Source: an uncultured Actinomycetes bacterium
GTDB taxonomy: Bacteria; Actinomycetota; Thermoleophilia; RBG-16-64-13
Assembly: GCA_963841735.1 (NCBI GenBank)
Contig: CAWJDT010000004.1
Coordinates: 352,001 to 416,000, forward strand
Length of the DNA: 64,000 nucleotides
Direction: 5' to 3'
Shown: positions 30,864 to 40,734 of the stretch, one piece after another
How the letters are laid out: each line of letters starts with the position of its first letter
Numbering within the stretch: position 1 is the first letter of the stretch
Program-made: the position numbers and the translations under genes
The notes under the pieces: model-generated
The model's database searches: none
What the model saw: only the letters and a program-made list of their open reading frames with translations
What the model was told of the DNA's origin: nothing

Positions 30864-32495
30864 ATGTTTTGCTACCAGTGCGAACAGACCGCCAAGTCCA
30901 TCGCCTGCACCGTCAAGGGCGTGTGCGGCAAGGACGATGAGGTGGCCTCGCTGCAGGACGCCTTGGTATACACGCTCAAAGGGCTCGCTCTCGCCGCCGA
31001 GAAGGCCAAGCCCGCCGGCCTTGTGCAGTCCCAAACACTCCCCTTCCTCGCCCACGGCATGTTTGTGACGCTGACCAACGTCAACTTCGACCCGCAATCC
31101 CTCAAGGACTGGATCCACGAGACGGCCAGCAGGCGTGACGCTCTCAAGGCCGAGTTGCTCACACAAGGCCCGCCGGTCTCCTTTCCGGAAGGTCCGCTGA
31201 CCTTCGCCCCGGCCCGAACGATCGCGGAGCTTGCTGAGCAGGGCCGAGGGCACGGCATCAACACCGAGGCTTCGGCGGATGCCGACATCCGCTCGCTTCA
31301 GCACGCCGTCCTCTATGGGCTCAAGGGAGTCGCCGCCTATGCGGTGCACGCCGGTGAGCTCGGCTACCACGACCCAGTGGTAGATGGCTACTTCGTCGAG
31401 GCCTTGAGCCAGCTGTCGCGCTTCAACGAGGGCGACCTGAACGCGTGGATCGCCAAGGCCCTGCGTGTCGGTGAGGTCAACTACAAGGTCATGGAACTAC
31501 TCGACAAGGCCAACACCGAGACCTACGGGACTCCGGTGCCCACGGAGGTGCCTTTGGGGGTCAAGACAGGCAAGGCCATCTTGGTCTCCGGCCATGACTT
31601 CGCCGACCTGGAAGCCCTGCTCAAGCAGACCGAAGACAAGGGCATCAACATCTACACCCATGGAGAGATGCTGCCGGCCCACGCCTATCCCAAACTCAAG
31701 GCCTATCCCCAGCTCTACGGCAACTACGGCTCCGCCTGGCAGAACCAGAAGAAGGAATTCGCCGAATTCCCAGGCGCCATCCTGATGACGACCAACTGCA
31801 TCCAGATTCCACTGGAATCCTACGCCGACAATATCTTCACCCGGTCGGTGGTTAGCGTGCCCAACGCCACCCACGTAGGAGACCGCGACTTCAGCGCTGT
31901 GATTGAGCGCGCATTGGTCCTGCCCGGCTTCTCTGAGGACGTCCCCGGCAAGACGGTGCACGTAGGCTTCATGCGCAACACGGTGCTCGCCCACGCAGAG
32001 AAGATCATCGAGCTGGTCAAAGCCGGCAAGATCCGCCACTTCTTCCTGGTGGGCGGGTGTGACGGAGCCAAACCCGGCCGCGATTACTACACCCGGTTCG
32101 TGGAGCAGACTCCGCCCGACACCGTGGTGCTAACCCTGGCCTGCGGCAAGTACCGCTTCTACGACAAAGACTTGGGCAACATCGAGGGCATCCCGCGTCT
32201 GCTAGACATGGGTCAGTGCAACGATGCCTACTCGGCCATCCAGGTTGCCCTCGCGCTGTCCGACGCCTTCAAGGTAGACGTCAATGACCTGCCGCTGTCA
32301 CTGATCATCTCCTGGTACGAGCAGAAAGCCGCGGCGATCCTGCTGACTCTGCTCCACCTGGGCCTCAAGAACGTACACCTCGGCCCCACGCTGCCGGCCT
32401 TCCTAAGCCCCGACGTAACCAAGTTCATCGTCGACACCTTCGGCCTGAAGCGCATCACCACGCCGGAGGAAGACCTGGCCGCGATCCTGGGCTGA
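30864..32495 (+). CDS. hcp: Hybrid cluster protein (hydroxylamine reductase)
   Basis: MFCYQCEQT..C..GVCGK, YTHGEM, TTNC, GCDG, ACGK, GQCND, WYEQKA. Confidence 0.98.
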   Translation: MFCYQCEQTAKSIACTVKGVCGKDDEVASLQDALVYTLKGLALAAEKAKPAGLVQSQTLPFLAHGMFVTLTNVNFDPQSLKDWIHETASRRDALKAELLTQGPPVSFPEGPLTFAPARTIAELAEQGRGHGINTEASADADIRSLQHAVLYGLKGVAAYAVHAGELGYHDPVVDGYFVEALSQLSRFNEGDLNAWIAKALRVGEVNYKVMELLDKANTETYGTPVPTEVPLGVKTGKAILVSGHDFADLEALLKQTEDKGINIYTHGEMLPAHAYPKLKAYPQLYGNYGSAWQNQKKEFAEFPGAILMTTNCIQIPLESYADNIFTRSVVSVPNATHVGDRDFSAVIERALVLPGFSEDVPGKTVHVGFMRNTVLAHAEKIIELVKAGKIRHFFLVGGCDGAKPGRDYYTRFVEQTPPDTVVLTLACGKYRFYDKDLGNIEGIPRLLDMGQCNDAYSAIQVALALSDAFKVDVNDLPLSLIISWYEQKAAAILLTLLHLGLKNVHLGPTLPAFLSPDVTKFIVDTFGLKRITTPEEDLAAILG

Positions 32496-32582
32496 TCGCC
32501 ATGGCCCCGCGTGAGGCTGCCCAGTCCCCGCGGGGCCACCCAACCAAAGGAACCGGCGCGGCGCCTTGGCGACGTCCGACCG

Positions 32583-33452
32583 CTACATCACGATCTTGTT
32601 GAGCGGATACTCTACGATGCCTTGGGCGCCGGCCTTCTTCAGCCGGGGGATGATCACCCGCACCGTAGGCTCGTCCACGATGGTGTTGACGGCCAGCCAG
32701 TCCTCGTCGCTCAGGGTCGAGATGGTGGGGTTGCGCAGAGCAGGCAGCTGAGCCAGCACCTCGGCCAGATCAGCACGACGCACGTTCAGCATGAGGCCGA
32801 CTTTGCCGAGGGCCGCTATGGCGCCCTCGAGCAGCATGGTGATGTCTTCCAGCTTGTGCCGCTTCTGCGTGTCTTTCCAAGCATCCACGTTGGCGATGAG
32901 CTGGGTGTTGGACTCAAGCACCGTCTCGACGATGCGCAGCTTGTTGGCGCGCAACGAGCTGCCGGTCTCGGTGACCTCCACGATGGCATCGGCCAGTTCG
33001 GGGGGCTTCACCTCGGTGGCGCCCCAGCTGAACTCCACCTGTGCCTGGACACCCTTTTCGGCCAAGTAGCGCTTGGTGGTCGCCACCAGTTCGGTCGCGA
33101 TGATCTTGCCCTGCAGATCGTGGACGCTCTTCACCGTCGAGGCCTCAGGGACCGCCAGTACCCACCGCACCTTGCCAAAACTCTGCTTTGCATACACCAG
33201 ATCGCACACTGTCTGCACGCTAGCGTCGTTCTCGCGCACCCAGTCCAGCCCCGTGATCCCAGCGTCCAGGATGCCGTTCTCCACGTAGCGCGCCATCTCC
33301 TGGGCGCGGATCAGCAGGCATTCGATCTCAGGGTCATCGATGACAGGGAAGTAGGAGCGGCTGCTGACGGTCATGTTGAAACCAGCCCGCCGGAACAAAT
33401 CGATGGTCGCCGACTCTAGGCTGCCCTTGGGGATGCCGAGTTTAAGGATCAT
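32583..33452 (-). CDS. hisG: ATP phosphoribosyltransferase, long form
   Basis: [38 protein letters not shown]. Confidence 0.96.
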   Translation of the reverse strand: MILKLGIPKGSLESATIDLFRRAGFNMTVSSRSYFPVIDDPEIECLLIRAQEMARYVENGILDAGITGLDWVRENDASVQTVCDLVYAKQSFGKVRWVLAVPEASTVKSVHDLQGKIIATELVATTKRYLAEKGVQAQVEFSWGATEVKPPELADAIVEVTETGSSLRANKLRIVETVLESNTQLIANVDAWKDTQKRHKLEDITMLLEGAIAALGKVGLMLNVRRADLAEVLAQLPALRNPTISTLSDEDWLAVNTIVDEPTVRVIIPRLKKAGAQGIVEYPLNKIVM

Positions 33453-33575
33453 GGCTTCAGTCTCTCCCGCTCGTACGTCGATTTCGCCCAGGGGCGGCGA
33501 GGCCGCCCGGCGCAAGATAAGTAGACGCCACCCAGATGCGCGTCTCGGCATTATAACGCGGCCGGGCCCACGTGC

Positions 33576-33604
33576 TTGACGCGGGTTTCCAGTCCTCTTA
33601 GAAT
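33576..33604 (+). promoter_or_regulatory. Promoter upstream of the dapB-like leader
   Basis: TTGACG-N17-TAGAAT; a divergent TATAAT for hisG lies at about 33550. Confidence 0.6.
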
Positions 33605-33856
33605 GCTCTGGCACTCGTTGACCTCGGCATAGGCAAACGACAACGAGCAAGAAGAGTTCGCCCCCGGTGTCTCCGAAACAACAGGCCGCACGCGCGTCGA
33701 ACAATGAGAGCCATCATTCTCCAAGCAGCGATCATCCGGCGAAACCTCTTGGCTCCAGTGATATCCAAGGCCCTCCGCTCGTCGAAGTCTCTCTGGGACA
33801 AGTGAGTCGGCGGCACGCGAGGGCCAGCGTCGTACAACCTAGTTCAGGAGGATCCT

Positions 33857-34681
33857 ATGAAGGTTGGGCTAATCGGGTTTGGCAAGACCGGAAGAGCGGT
33901 TGCCTCGATACTGCTTCTGTCCAAGGAGACCAACCTCCAGTGGGTCATAAGGCGATCGCATTTGCTCGAACATCGGTCGGTGCCTGAGTTTCTGGGAGTC
34001 CAATCCGATGAGCCAGGGCTCATATACAGCAAAGAAGAGTTCACGGCGGAGGAACTCTTCACCAAGCATCCTGTCGACATGGTCATCGACTTCTCGTCCG
34101 AGAGCGGCCTGGACTACTACGGACGCGCGGCTGCAACACGCAACGTCGCCATCATCACCGCCATCTCCAACTACCATCCTGAGCAGATGGCCCGGCTGCG
34201 CCAGTTGGCTGAATTGACCACCGTGATGCACTCACCCAACATAACGCTGGGCATCAACTTCCTGATGATCGCCGCCAAGATCCTGAAGACCATCGCGCCC
34301 TACACAGATATCGAAATCATAGAAGAACACTTCAAGGCCAAGACCGAGGTCTCCGGAACGGCCAAACTCATCGCCGAAAGACTAGGCGTCCCCACAGACG
34401 CCATCAAGACGGTCCGGGCGGGAGGGATAATCGGGGTGCACGAAGTCCTGTTCGGTTTTCCTCACCAGACGGTGCGTTTGCGGCACGAGTCCATAGCCCG
34501 CGAGGCGTTCGGCAACGGGGCGCTCTTTGCGGCCACCAATCTCTACGGCAAGCCCAAGGGCTTCTACCGGATGGAAGACCTCATCTTGCCTTACTTCAGG
34601 CTGCAAGAGTCGGAGGCCGACATCCTCCAGTCCGGCCAGACTCCATGGTGGCGATTCTGGGTCAAGCGACCACCGGTCTGA
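33857..34681 (+). CDS. dapB: 4-hydroxy-tetrahydrodipicolinate reductase-like protein
   Basis: GFGKTG, IDFS, SPNITLG, EEHFKAK..SGTA, RAGGIIGVH, FGNGA. Confidence 0.85.
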   Translation: MKVGLIGFGKTGRAVASILLLSKETNLQWVIRRSHLLEHRSVPEFLGVQSDEPGLIYSKEEFTAEELFTKHPVDMVIDFSSESGLDYYGRAAATRNVAIITAISNYHPEQMARLRQLAELTTVMHSPNITLGINFLMIAAKILKTIAPYTDIEIIEEHFKAKTEVSGTAKLIAERLGVPTDAIKTVRAGGIIGVHEVLFGFPHQTVRLRHESIAREAFGNGALFAATNLYGKPKGFYRMEDLILPYFRLQESEADILQSGQTPWWRFWVKRPPV

Positions 34682-34840
34682 TAGGCCCCAGACTCACCCA
34701 CTTCTGCCCCCCGGGTGAGGATCTTTCGGTGACTGTCATTCCCACTGGACGACCCCCTGGTCTAGTGCCGCCTTTCGCGTCCGAAGGGCCGCGGCGCGCC
34801 GCATGGCGCGCGCTCGGGCCTGTTGGCCGGCGGGTTCAAG

Positions 34841-35773
34841 TCATCCCACTATCGTGGTGGCATCTCCGTACTTGCTCGCCATCCTTTGTGCGGGCAGATA
34901 CTCCTCTTCCAAGGCCTTGTACTTCTTGAGACCCACGAAGTCGGTGTACTCTTCGAACGACGTCACCCACTGGGTCTGCCCAGGCATAGTGCCGGTGGGC
35001 GAAGCTCTCAGGGCGAAGAAGAACTCCATGAGCGCCTTGTGCGCCACCATGATGGAGGCCACCGGGATCGACACTCGGCCCACGCCGATAGCCTCCAGGT
35101 CGGGGACGGGGATCAGCTCGGTCTGCATGCCGCTGATGCCATCCATGAGGTTCACGGAAAGCGGCCCCCGGATCCGTCTGACCGCCTGCTCCACGTCGGC
35201 CCGGGTCTTGATGCCGTCAATGAAGGCCAGGTCGGCCCCGGCTTCCAGATACAGGTTGCAGCGCCGCACGGCCTCATCTAGTCCCATGTCGGCAAATACG
35301 TCGGTGCGGGCGTTGATGATGAACTCCGGGTCCAACCGCTGGCGCGCGGCTGCACAGGCACTCACCTTGCCGGCCATCTCATCGGCGTCGATGCACTCCT
35401 TGCCGGCCATATGACCGCAGCGCTTGGGAAACACCTGATCTTCTATGTTCATCCCCGCCGCACCCATGGCGATCAGTCGCTCGGTAACCCAAGCGGCGTT
35501 CACAGCGTTGCCCCCGCCGGTATCCACGTCGGCCATCACCGGGATACCCACCGCCTGTACGATGTTCCAGGTCACGTCCAACACGTCCTTCATCTGCACC
35601 AAGCCCACGTCGGGCTTGGCAAGGAGCGAGCCGGCCACCCCATAGCCCGACACCTGGATGGCCTCGTACCCACACTCCTCGATAACTCTGGCGCTTAGGG
35701 CGTCGTATGCCCCCGGCACCACCACCGCCCGCCGATCCATGATGGCGTTGCGCAAAACCGTAGTCTGCTTCAC
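34841..35773 (-). CDS. Isocitrate lyase/PEP mutase family enzyme (PrpB or dimethylmalate lyase-like)
   Basis: YDALSA, DVDTGGG, IEDQVFPKRCGH, ARTD. Confidence 0.9.
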   Translation of the reverse strand: MKQTTVLRNAIMDRRAVVVPGAYDALSARVIEECGYEAIQVSGYGVAGSLLAKPDVGLVQMKDVLDVTWNIVQAVGIPVMADVDTGGGNAVNAAWVTERLIAMGAAGMNIEDQVFPKRCGHMAGKECIDADEMAGKVSACAAARQRLDPEFIINARTDVFADMGLDEAVRRCNLYLEAGADLAFIDGIKTRADVEQAVRRIRGPLSVNLMDGISGMQTELIPVPDLEAIGVGRVSIPVASIMVAHKALMEFFFALRASPTGTMPGQTQWVTSFEEYTDFVGLKKYKALEEEYLPAQRMASKYGDATTIVG

Positions 35774-35784
35774 GATCGCTCCTC

Positions 35785-36905
35785 TCAGAGATTGCCCGCG
35801 ATGGCGTCTGCCATCTGCGCTGTCGTGCCGCTGCCCCCCATGTCGTACGTGCGCACGGCGCCATCAGCGATAACAGCGGCCACCGCGGCCTCCAAACGCG
35901 CCGCTTTCTCCTCCTCCCCCAGCCAGTCGAGCATCATCTTGGCCGCCAGAACGGTGGCGATAGGATTCACCTTGTTCATGCCCGCGTATTTGGGCGCAGA
36001 CCCATGCGTGGGCTCAAAAACGGCAAGCTCTTTCCCGATGTTGCCCGAGCAACCAAAGCCGAGACCCGCCCACCATCTGAGCACAGAGGTCGGAGATGAT
36101 GTCGCCGTATAGGTTCGGCGCCACCAGCACGTCATACTTGAACGGGTCTTTGAGCAGCCACATGCAGACAGAGTCGACGTTGGCGTCGTCCACTGCGAGG
36201 CCGGGGAACTCCTTGGCCACCTCTCGCGCAGTCTCCAGAAACAGTCCGTCGGTAGCGCGCACCACATTGGCCTTGTGGACGATGGTCACTTTCTCGCGGC
36301 CGAAGTCGCGGGCAAACTCGAAGGCCGACCGCGCGATGCGCTCCGACCCAGCCCGGGTGTTAATCTTGCATGACACGGCCTATTGCTCGCCCCTAAGCGA
36401 CTGGAAGGGCGCGAAGCTCCTGGAGAGCCTGCCCAGCGTGGTGGCCAGTTCATCGGGCACGGGATCGAATTCCACCCCGGCGTAGAGATCCTCGGTGTTC
36501 TCTCGGAACACCACCAGATCGATGCCCTCCTTGAAGTTGAGCGAGTTGGCCGGATAGGCCTTACAGGGCCGCAGACAGACGTACAGATCAAACAACTGCC
36601 GCATCCGCACTATCGGCGACCGGTAGACCATCCCCCTGCCTCGTAGCGCCGGCTCCAACTCGGCTTCCGCCGTCCTCGCCGGCTTGGACGTGATGGCCCC
36701 GAACATGGCCACGTCAACGCTCTTCAGTAGGTCGATGGTGCGCTGCGGAAGAGCGTCTCCTTCTTGACACCAGCAAATCCCAACCGATGTCACCATGAAG
36801 GTATTCCGCCTCGAAGCCCAGCCGATCAAGCACCACCCGAGCCGCGGCCAACACCTCCACGCCAATGCCGTCTCCGGGAAGCCAAGCGATCCTGGGCCTG
36901 ACCAA
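35785..36905 (-). CDS. Isocitrate/isopropylmalate dehydrogenase family, frameshifted
   Basis: PGDGIGVEV, RENTEDLY, HKANV, NLYGDIISD, FEPTHGSAPKYAG. Confidence 0.92.
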
Positions 36906-36908
36906 AAG

Positions 36909-37082
36909 TCAGTCCTCCTTCAAAGACAGGGGCTCACCGCAGCAGGCGAACTCCGCTATCTTGCACACCTCCTCGGCTTCCTCCCCCTCCTCGTGGCTGC
37001 ACTCCTCTACCACCTCGATCTCAAGCCCACAATGCTCACAGTAGTAGACCTCACCTTCGCGCATCTCGTCACAGCGTGCCAT
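36909..37082 (-). CDS. 57-aa acidic desulforedoxin-like metal-binding protein
   Basis: Manual translation MARCDEMREGEVYYCEHCGLEIEVVEECSHEEGEEAEEVCKIAEFACCGEPLSLKED; RBS-like sequence upstream; below the ORF-track cutoff. Confidence 0.8.
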   Translation of the reverse strand: MARCDEMREGEVYYCEHCGLEIEVVEECSHEEGEEAEEVCKIAEFACCGEPLSLKED

Positions 37083-37193
37083 GGTTCGTCCCTACCTTTC
37101 CAAAACACGTAACACCCACGCCGCCGGGCCGGTCGCACCCACCCAACATAGCATCGGCGCAAGCCGCAGTCGACGCCCGTTGTGGCCGGCGGT

Positions 37194-37715
37194 TCAACAC
37201 ATAGCTTCAGGATGCCCCAGCAAGTACTCCCAATGTGCTACATGGCCTGACTCGTCGGCCTGATCCTTCTCGATGACAGCCCGTGTGTCTTCGTCCCAGT
37301 CGATGTCGGCCAAGATCTCACCGTAGTCGCGGATGGCCTTGCGCTCCGCCCAGGCACTCGTCTTGAGCATGCACCTGCTACCGAACATCCGTGAGCCCAG
37401 CCCAAGCGCGTAACCCACCAGCCAGTACCTCCAGCGCAGCTTGCTGGGCTTGAAGCCGTGCTCGTACAGTTTCGTCTGGAAATCCTGCATGTGAGTCATC
37501 TCATTGCACATAGCCACGGTCAAGTCGGTGTTGAGCGCGCAACAGCCGGAAGTGATCTGACACTTGTAGATGTTCACCGCCATGATCTCGAAGGCGTGCA
37601 GGGCAAGCAGCGCCTTCCGAACCGCGGCCTTTCTTCCCGGCGACAATTCGCCGCCTCGTGCCTTGACGTTCTCCGCCCGCATCTCAGGTCTTATCACCGA
37701 AATGTCATGGGTCAT
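37194..37715 (-). CDS. Ferritin-like diiron protein (COQ7/DMQ hydroxylase-like)
   Basis: FEIMAVNIY, NEMTH, AERKA, DESGH (two ExxH motifs). Confidence 0.8.
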   Translation of the reverse strand: MTHDISVIRPEMRAENVKARGGELSPGRKAAVRKALLALHAFEIMAVNIYKCQITSGCCALNTDLTVAMCNEMTHMQDFQTKLYEHGFKPSKLRWRYWLVGYALGLGSRMFGSRCMLKTSAWAERKAIRDYGEILADIDWDEDTRAVIEKDQADESGHVAHWEYLLGHPEAMC

Positions 37716-38178
37716 GACACCACTGTCCTTTCCTCTCGTACGACCTACTTTCCGCCGTTCCGGCCCTGCCGGTTGCATACCCCTTGCGCCGGCCTTCCAT
37801 GCGCGGTGATGGCACTCGTCCAAATGGCCGAATCCGGGTCGCCCGACCGACCCACGTGCTGCCCATCTGCATTGTGTAATGCAGGCCAGCCGTTCTGCTA
37901 CTGTCGTTGCACCTGCTAATTAGCTTATAAGGGCGGGACACGGCCACGTATGCGGCCGCGCCTTGCTCCAAATCCCAACTCTCATTAAGCTAGCCGTTGC
38001 GTCCTCGGTATTCTGCAATCCATATTGCATGTCACCGGGCGGCGCGACCCCACTCGTTGACTCCTGGTTGCTGTAACTCCTGGCAGTTGCCGCCGCGGGC
38101 TGTTCGCGAGTATCCTCTGACTGAGGAACTAGCCATGAAACCCGTCGGTCCAGCCGGGTCAAGGAGGGTCACAGAGGC

Positions 38179-38907
38179 ATGCAATGTCCGCACTGCCGTT
38201 CGGAGATAGAGGTCAAGCAGCACACCTTTGCGCTTGGTGAAGACCCCGATGGCGCCTGGCAGGTCTCATCCACCAGGTGCAAGGTGTGTGAGCGCCTTAT
38301 CGTCGAACTTTGTTCCAAGGATGGCTGTAGCTATCCCGTACGACCTCTCGGTTCAGGCCGGCCCAGGCTGTCAAGTGACGTACCTGCTGAATTTGAGAGC
38401 GAATACCACACAGCCTGCGAGATCCTCGCCATCAGCCCACAGAGTTCTGCCGCCATCAGCCGCCGGTTGCTCCAGCGCTTCTTCGCCGCCCAGTCTGGTG
38501 CTGCCGATGCAGAGCTTAGCGAGTTGATAGCCGCGGCAACTGAATCGACCGAGATGCAGCCCTACCTCAGGGGAGCCCTGCACACGCTGGTAGGCCTGGC
38601 CAATCTCGAGCCGCAGAGCGAGAAGAGCCTCCGTCCTCATACCCTCATCCCGGTCAAGCCGGGGGAAGCCGAGTGGATTCTGGACGTGCTGCAGAACCTC
38701 TTCGAGGTCCACTATGTCCAGCCGGCCCGACTCCAGCGCCTTCAGAGCGCCCTCGAAGAGAGGGTAGGCCCGCTTGCGCCGCCCGCCGTCGTCGTCGTCG
38801 AACCCGAGACTTCTACCGATGAGACTGACTCGGCTGGTGATGCGGTGACAGCCATTCAAGTCGAATCCGCAACCGGCGCGCCCCTGGTGCCCCCGCCCCT
38901 GCCTTGA
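38179..38907 (+). CDS. Zn-ribbon plus DUF4145-like protein
   Basis: CPHC...CKVC, then SPQSSAAISRRLLQ and LFEVHYVQP. Confidence 0.6.
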   Translation: MQCPHCRSEIEVKQHTFALGEDPDGAWQVSSTRCKVCERLIVELCSKDGCSYPVRPLGSGRPRLSSDVPAEFESEYHTACEILAISPQSSAAISRRLLQRFFAAQSGAADAELSELIAAATESTEMQPYLRGALHTLVGLANLEPQSEKSLRPHTLIPVKPGEAEWILDVLQNLFEVHYVQPARLQRLQSALEERVGPLAPPAVVVVEPETSTDETDSAGDAVTAIQVESATGAPLVPPPLP

Positions 38908-40646
38908 CCTCACCCGAGCACGAGGAGCTGGACCTCCGCGACCTCGAGCGCAAGTCCTCCGCTGTCACGTTGTCGGACATGGAGGTCTTCATCTTTCCCG
39001 AGTTGATGTACAGCCTACTGCTGGCCAACATCATGTCGCCTCGCATCTGGAAGTGGCGAGACGATCCCTGGTTTGCCGGCATAGAGAAGATGACGCCCTA
39101 CCGGCGCATCACCCGCCTTAAGCAATACATCATGGATCACTACGCCTTCAACCTTGACCTAGATACCTGGGGGCTCACCGACAAGACTCGCGAGATGGCC
39201 CGCTTCAAGGACTCCGTAGCGCCGGAGGCCTTGGCCCAATCCAATGCCCTCTTCGGCTACGAAGGCGACAAGTACTACTTCGACATCGACATCCGCACGC
39301 ACTTCGGCCTGGACAAATATGAGGGCGACATCATCCCCTACTGGAAGACCGAGACCGTGGAGGCCATGGATGCCTTTCGCCACAAGCCGGCGTACGCTTC
39401 CGGAGCGGGAGAATGCGTATCTCTGGCCGCTCTCTATGCAGCTGCCCTGTTTATAGTGGGGCGCATACCTCTCAGCGACATCTTCCTCATGGCTACCCCC
39501 CTCCACTCGCAGAATTTCGTCGACACCGGCATGGGCGTCCTCACGAACAACCGCAGACTTGTCACCAAGAACATGTGGTTCAACGGCAGCGCTCTGTCGG
39601 CCCAGGCCCGCCGGGCCCTAGAGAACGAGAGGGTCACAGTGGTGGCACACGAGAGCGGCTACATCCACATCCTCTTCCCCGGCGCAACGATCGAGCCCGA
39701 GGCCTACAAGAGATTCACCGGCAAGCTGAGGCGCTTTCTGCAGACGCAACTCACGCCCCAACTCCTGGGCAATTTCGTGCGGCACAGCGCCGATCTGCAG
39801 ACCTGCTTCCAGGTACGTTGGCGCAATTTTGGCGTCGAGCGGTACATCGCCATGGAGAAGCTCCTTGCCTACGAGGGCAGTTGCCCCTACCGCTTCAACG
39901 ACGACACCCGGGAACGGCTGATGATGGAGATCGCCGGCGAAGACTTCGAGTCCCGGCCAATAGCCGGGCGCATCGTCCTTGATGACCTCGAGGCCCTGAT
40001 CCACCAACGGCGCCTGGATATCCACACACAGGCGGGCTTCGAACTGCTGAGCGAACAGTTGACCTCGGAGTGCCCCAGAGCCCAGGACGCCATCGACCGA
40101 CTGCGCCGCTTCTGTTGGACCGATCCCCGCCTCCCCGACCAGACCACCAAGACCTTTCGGCGCGACCAGCCCCCTTTGGGCCTTGACGTAAACATGGAGC
40201 GCGCGGATGTGGTGGCACGCCTCGATTCCATTCGCGGCACCAACGAGCTTGCAGAGCTGGCTTTCTACGCCTATCGGGACCTGAACCGCGTCGAAGCCGT
40301 CCCCTTCCTGAAGGCGGCCTGGGAGCGATGCCCAGTGTCGATCGCAGCCTGCGCGGGCATGAGCGAAACCGAGCTGATAACAGCAGTACGGGCGCTACAC
40401 GAAGAGTCCATATACGACGAGCAGGGCCGCTTGGCCCAGCCCGACGAAGTGTGGAACTACGGTCGGGGCGACGGAGTGGAGAAGGCGGTGCTGTTGGCGA
40501 ACGTTCTGCACGCGCGACATCCGGATATGCCGCTCACCCTGGAAGTCACCCCTGACAGCGCCACCCTACGTATGGGCACAGAGAGCCACTCTTTTGCCAG
40601 CGGCAAGAGCCTCCGTCCCCAGACCTGGGAGTGCCCCCGCCGCTAG
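38904..40646 (+). CDS. Hypothetical protein with transglutaminase-like Cys/His motifs
   Basis: Intact 580-aa ORF; GECVSLAALY...PLHSQ; C-terminal GRGDGVEKAVLLA. Confidence 0.6.
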   Translation: MTSPEHEELDLRDLERKSSAVTLSDMEVFIFPELMYSLLLANIMSPRIWKWRDDPWFAGIEKMTPYRRITRLKQYIMDHYAFNLDLDTWGLTDKTREMARFKDSVAPEALAQSNALFGYEGDKYYFDIDIRTHFGLDKYEGDIIPYWKTETVEAMDAFRHKPAYASGAGECVSLAALYAAALFIVGRIPLSDIFLMATPLHSQNFVDTGMGVLTNNRRLVTKNMWFNGSALSAQARRALENERVTVVAHESGYIHILFPGATIEPEAYKRFTGKLRRFLQTQLTPQLLGNFVRHSADLQTCFQVRWRNFGVERYIAMEKLLAYEGSCPYRFNDDTRERLMMEIAGEDFESRPIAGRIVLDDLEALIHQRRLDIHTQAGFELLSEQLTSECPRAQDAIDRLRRFCWTDPRLPDQTTKTFRRDQPPLGLDVNMERADVVARLDSIRGTNELAELAFYAYRDLNRVEAVPFLKAAWERCPVSIAACAGMSETELITAVRALHEESIYDEQGRLAQPDEVWNYGRGDGVEKAVLLANVLHARHPDMPLTLEVTPDSATLRMGTESHSFASGKSLRPQTWECPRR

Positions 40647-40647
40647 A

Positions 40648-40730
40648 GACCATCAAGGGGTTCGGCGCGGCGCAAAAGCTCTTTGCACGAGTACGTGTCG
40701 CAACGCGCCTCGCCAAACCCCTTGATGGTC
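40648..40730. repeat. Inverted-repeat element (15-bp perfect arms) between convergent genes
   Basis: GACCATCAAGGGGTT ... AACCCCTTGATGGTC with internal GAGTACG. Confidence 0.75.
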
Positions 40731-40734
40731 GCGG

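Noticed and set aside
37730-37870. Known riboswitch in the leader of the ferritin-like gene
   Set aside because: GC-rich hairpins are possible, but I recognise no match to a known aptamer
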